NCBI GenBank assembly: GCA_030622545.1
Contig: JAUXGA010000012.1
Coordinates: forward strand, 29,140 to 93,139
Direction: 5' to 3'
Length of the DNA stretch: 64,000 nucleotides
Origin: a bacterium
GTDB lineage: Bacteria; Electryoneota; RPQS01; DYHQ01
Both the position numbers and the translations under genes were made by a program. Positions 60,643-64,000 of the stretch are shown piece after piece. Below the pieces are notes generated by a model, which was given only the letters and a program-made list of their open reading frames with translations, searched no databases and was not told the DNA's origin. Positions within the stretch are counted from its first letter, which is position 1; each line of letters begins with the position of its first letter.

Positions 60643-61902
60643 TTACGGTTGTGATTTCGTCTCCATAAGAATCGGAACCACTTTTTCGGCGCGCACCCAA
60701 GCAGCGTCTATGCCGACTTTCATGCCGTCGAGCGTACTGCCAAGGGGTTTTAAGGGCGTGTGAATAAAATCCGCCGAATGGTTTTGCCCTCTCATGGGAA
60801 TCTGCACTCGCGCGAAACAATTATCCCCCGGACAATCCCAGTATCTCTCGCGCCAGATATGCCCCGACATCTCCCAGTCTTGCGTCGAGACGAATCCTTC
60901 AACGGGATTCGGAATCGCCACTTCGTACCAGTCACCCGCTTTCCACCAGACACGCGTGGAGACTCTCGGCGGCAATGTATCGAAAGGAACTTCGGTATGC
61001 CCGCGTTCTATTACTGAATCGAACGTCCGCAAGCTCATCGGCACCGGCGTGTGGGATGCGATAGCTACGGTGGAGAAATTGCGCGCAGACGCCCCCGGTC
61101 TCCACAAGGAAATTCCATGGTCTGTGCTGAAAAAAAGAGAATCACCTTCGCGATGAGCTCCGAGAATACGTTCGCCAAAAATCCCCAGCGATTTCAAGTT
61201 CACTTCAAAAAAATCGCCGGATTCGATTCGATAGACATAGAGCAGGGAACGCTCATCTTTTTCGGATTCAGAGTCAAAGAGAATCAGAATCGAATCCGAA
61301 AACGCCGTGATCCATTTCGGGCTGCTTTTTCCGATGTCAGCGCTGTAAAGCCGAACGAATCGTTCGGTTTGAAGATTTAGCCAACCCAAACCGCTGACGA
61401 CGGCATCGGTGCCTTCATCGAAAAGGGTCAATCCAAACCAGACGCGTCCTTCCGTTGTGGCGATTGGCCCCATCTCTTCGACCAGAGCCAGCACCTCTTC
61501 CGATTCGGTCTCGCGCACTTTTTCCATTTCCCGGAGAGCGGCATCCGTCGGGTAGGGCAGAACAAAAGCTTTCCGGGTCATAACACCTTGAAACCACCAG
61601 AGCGTATCTCCCGCTATCGCAAAGCGGTTGCCTCCATGCGAGATACGCAGGCGCTTTTCCGCGGGTGAAACCGCTACAAGAGACTCGGGAACACAACCGG
61701 GACGCTCGGCTTTAAATTTCCAGACAGCCGTCCATGCTTCCCCCTGAAAATAGACCGCCGTGCTGTCGGCTGAAATATCTGGAAATGTCTGCAGATAAGT
61801 CAGCTCTTGCGCGACTGACGGAGTCGTCGTTAGAAGAAAAAAGCCGCAGATAAATGCTGCGCTCCATCGCAGAATGCGTGAATCCATGCCGTTTGCTTTC
61901 AT
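60643..61902 (-). CDS. Hypothetical secreted protein
   Basis: Long ORF with a signal-peptide-like N-terminus; start uncertain (61902 or 61887). Confidence 0.6.
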   Translation of the reverse strand: MKANGMDSRILRWSAAFICGFFLLTTTPSVAQELTYLQTFPDISADSTAVYFQGEAWTAVWKFKAERPGCVPESLVAVSPAEKRLRISHGGNRFAIAGDTLWWFQGVMTRKAFVLPYPTDAALREMEKVRETESEEVLALVEEMGPIATTEGRVWFGLTLFDEGTDAVVSGLGWLNLQTERFVRLYSADIGKSSPKWITAFSDSILILFDSESEKDERSLLYVYRIESGDFFEVNLKSLGIFGERILGAHREGDSLFFSTDHGISLWRPGASARNFSTVAIASHTPVPMSLRTFDSVIERGHTEVPFDTLPPRVSTRVWWKAGDWYEVAIPNPVEGFVSTQDWEMSGHIWRERYWDCPGDNCFARVQIPMRGQNHSADFIHTPLKPLGSTLDGMKVGIDAAWVRAEKVVPILMETKSQP

Positions 61903-61949
61903 TGGATTAGATAAGTCAAAGGTGTTTCTTGTTGCAGGTATCAAGAAAT

Positions 61950-62342
61950 TCAAGAAGATAAACGTTGGTCTGCCGAAGGAATTATCCCGATGAAGGGGAT
62001 AAATCCAAGACAGGCATACGTGAAATATGGGCCGGCTCCCGCGAAGACATTCCGCAGCGCCAGATTCAAAAGAAAGACAATCAGAACGGCAATGAGTGTG
62101 CGAATGAATCCCAGTCCTAATCCGATGCGGAGAATGACAAAATCGACAATGAGGATGATAATCTGCGTCAACCAGCCATGCCCCAATGCTCCGCCTAAAA
62201 ACCAGTTTGCCACCATAATCAGGAAAACGGTGATGAAAAGGCGGAAGATACCGGGGACGCGCTCGGTTTTGCGCGTCAGCAGATGACAGGCGACATAATA
62301 GAGCAGCGCCTGAATGAAAAGGAATAAGAAAAATTGCAACAT
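61950..62342 (-). CDS. Hypothetical membrane protein
   Basis: About 4 hydrophobic segments; RBS GAGG. Confidence 0.6.
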   Translation of the reverse strand: MLQFFLFLFIQALLYYVACHLLTRKTERVPGIFRLFITVFLIMVANWFLGGALGHGWLTQIIILIVDFVILRIGLGLGFIRTLIAVLIVFLLNLALRNVFAGAGPYFTYACLGFIPFIGIIPSADQRLSS

Positions 62343-62368
62343 GAATGCCTCTTCTGATATTTCAGGTT

Positions 62369-62544
62369 ATCTCGCCGTTGTGGGTCTCCAGACCCGCAAT
62401 GGTGAGAAGAGTGCAGTTCCGGCCGGGTTACGCGCGGTGAGTTTATCGTTGTGTAGACGGGAATTTGCGCTGAGCCCGGCTCGGCGGGAAACGCGGGCTT
62501 CAAATCTCGCTATTGTAGGTCTCATGGGCCCGCAATGGCGAGAT
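62369..62544 (+). repeat. Composite repeat: two ~40-bp hairpin direct repeats flanking the 71-bp element
   Basis: ATCTCGC..TTGTRGGTCT...CCCGCAATGGYGAGA at 62369-62407 and 62504-62544; core 62417-62487. Confidence 0.8.
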
Positions 62545-62552
62545 ATTGCACT

Positions 62553-63809
62553 CTATTTCAGATAGACAAGACGCGTCCGGGCGATTCCCGAAATTCCACT
62601 GACTCGCGCGAAATAAATTCCCGTTGCCAATACTTCCGGATTGAACAACATCTCGAAATCTCCACCAAGAAAAATCGGTCGCGTCAGGATTTTCCGCCCC
62701 GCCAAGTCAAAAATCTCCAGCGTATGCCAGCCAGTTTTTGCGCGGGCGAATTTTAATCGCACCGAACTGTTGAAAGGATTCGGGTACGCGGAGATTTCGA
62801 ATTTTCCCGGCACAAGTTGCGGCGGTGAAGGTTCGGCATCTGTTACCGGAGTATAGCGAATCAGCGTCAAGCCGCTCACGGTTGCCACCGCGACATAAGC
62901 TTCCATATCGATGGTCTCGGTATCCATACGGCGAATCTGAGTCCCCACATTGGCGGACGCGGCAAAGCTCGGCGGCATTTCGGTTTCATCAATGTGAAGA
63001 ACATCTCCATTCGCAAGGCCGATCAGTGTCTGATACCCGCCTCCTTCGCAAACCGCTTGAATCACGAAAGACGCTCCGAAAGAACCGGCTTGACTGAGAG
63101 GACTTACGTTTAATGCAAGCAGGCTCGCCGCGCGCGCGACACCGACATACGGCGGTGAATACGCAACAGGAGTGGCAGGTAGTCCGGCTCCGAAATGCGA
63201 GTTTCGCGAGGGTTGCCTTGGATTCGAAATATCCAGCTCGACGACACCATTGGTTCCGCCCGCCCATACGCGGTGCGTAGCCCAGTCCAAAGCAACACTG
63301 CTTGTAGGGTGAGTGTAGGTAGCCAGAACATGCGGCGCTGCCGGGTTTCGCACACCGCATATCACGACAGCCGTTCCGATAGCGACAACAACTATCGTGT
63401 CATCCACGGCAATATCGAGACATTGGCCTGTTAGAATGGTCGTATGAACATGGGACGGCGAGCGCGGATTTGAAATATCCACGACAGCAAATCCAGCGGC
63501 TCCCCCGGCGCAATACGCGTAATCTCCTTCGACATCCACCGCTTCCATAACCATCCCCAACACAAGATCGCCGAGAATTGAAGGCGATGTGGGGCGAGCG
63601 ATGGTAATAGCCGTAAAATCCGTCTGGCCAACTGTATAGGCGATGGTGTCACGGATGACGACTCCTTCGCGATCCGGCACGTTCAGCGAACCTACGACTT
63701 CCATACTCCGTGCAGGCTCGACATGCAAAAAGCTCGAAAGCAACAGAACAGCAAGCGTCAGGGTGAAAGACGCGCTTGTGGTCGTTCGGGGAGTGTGTTC
63801 CATATCCAT
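62553..63809 (-). CDS. Secreted LVIVD-repeat beta-propeller protein with T9SS-type CTD
   Basis: VDVEGDYAY..GFAVVDISNP repeats; AYPNPFNS...ATGIYF...LVYLK. Confidence 0.8.
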   Translation of the reverse strand: MDMEHTPRTTTSASFTLTLAVLLLSSFLHVEPARSMEVVGSLNVPDREGVVIRDTIAYTVGQTDFTAITIARPTSPSILGDLVLGMVMEAVDVEGDYAYCAGGAAGFAVVDISNPRSPSHVHTTILTGQCLDIAVDDTIVVVAIGTAVVICGVRNPAAPHVLATYTHPTSSVALDWATHRVWAGGTNGVVELDISNPRQPSRNSHFGAGLPATPVAYSPPYVGVARAASLLALNVSPLSQAGSFGASFVIQAVCEGGGYQTLIGLANGDVLHIDETEMPPSFAASANVGTQIRRMDTETIDMEAYVAVATVSGLTLIRYTPVTDAEPSPPQLVPGKFEISAYPNPFNSSVRLKFARAKTGWHTLEIFDLAGRKILTRPIFLGGDFEMLFNPEVLATGIYFARVSGISGIARTRLVYLK

Positions 63810-64000
63810 GTCCTCATTGCCTGTTGGAAGCTGTTGTTTGCTTTCGGGATAGACGGTCTATTCCGATAGTTCAAAGGTAAGAAACTTTACAAGGATTTGC
63901 AACTCAATTTTCTGGAACATCCCCCCGCCCGAACAAGCATTTGAAACGGTACTTGATTATATGGATTTTTCTTTTAGCTTTCATCTATTGAACTCACGTG

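Overview
Bacterial chromosomal window, probably from a non-Bacteroidia FCB-group lineage. This is an inference from T9SS-type C-terminal domains and a PorV-like gene occurring together with E. coli-like TTGACA/TATAAT promoters and Shine-Dalgarno sites. From left to right: (1) 1-28.8 kb, a divergent alpha-glucan (starch/glycogen) utilisation locus with no SusD gene. It holds a secreted GH133-type debranching enzyme missed by the ORF track, a GH13 amylase, a CBM20-like binding protein, a TonB receptor + large CTD protein + PorV-like triad, GH57-like and GH119-like enzymes, a non-catalytic multimodular protein, GH31 and a Na+/sugar symporter. (2) 28.9-32.8 kb, an AT-rich restriction-modification cassette with two methyltransferases and an endonuclease resembling R.BsrI. 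(3) 33.6-49.0 kb, a 16-gene Trp/Tyr/shikimate supra-operon. It is preceded by a perfect sigma70 promoter and an unannotated 27-aa leader peptide (WYWYCYW) with attenuator hairpins, and includes tandem DAHP synthases and an AroB-AroQ fusion. (4) 49.3-55.8 kb, a multi-PAS hybrid histidine kinase and response regulator plus gene remnants. (5) 55.9-64 kb, a degenerate tRNA-Asp copy, tRNA-Asp, tRNA-Val, yhhQ/queF, an SppA with a long N-terminal extension, and hypothetical or T9SS proteins. Several families of intergenic palindromic repeats are scattered throughout. All family assignments come from motif recognition, not database searches.
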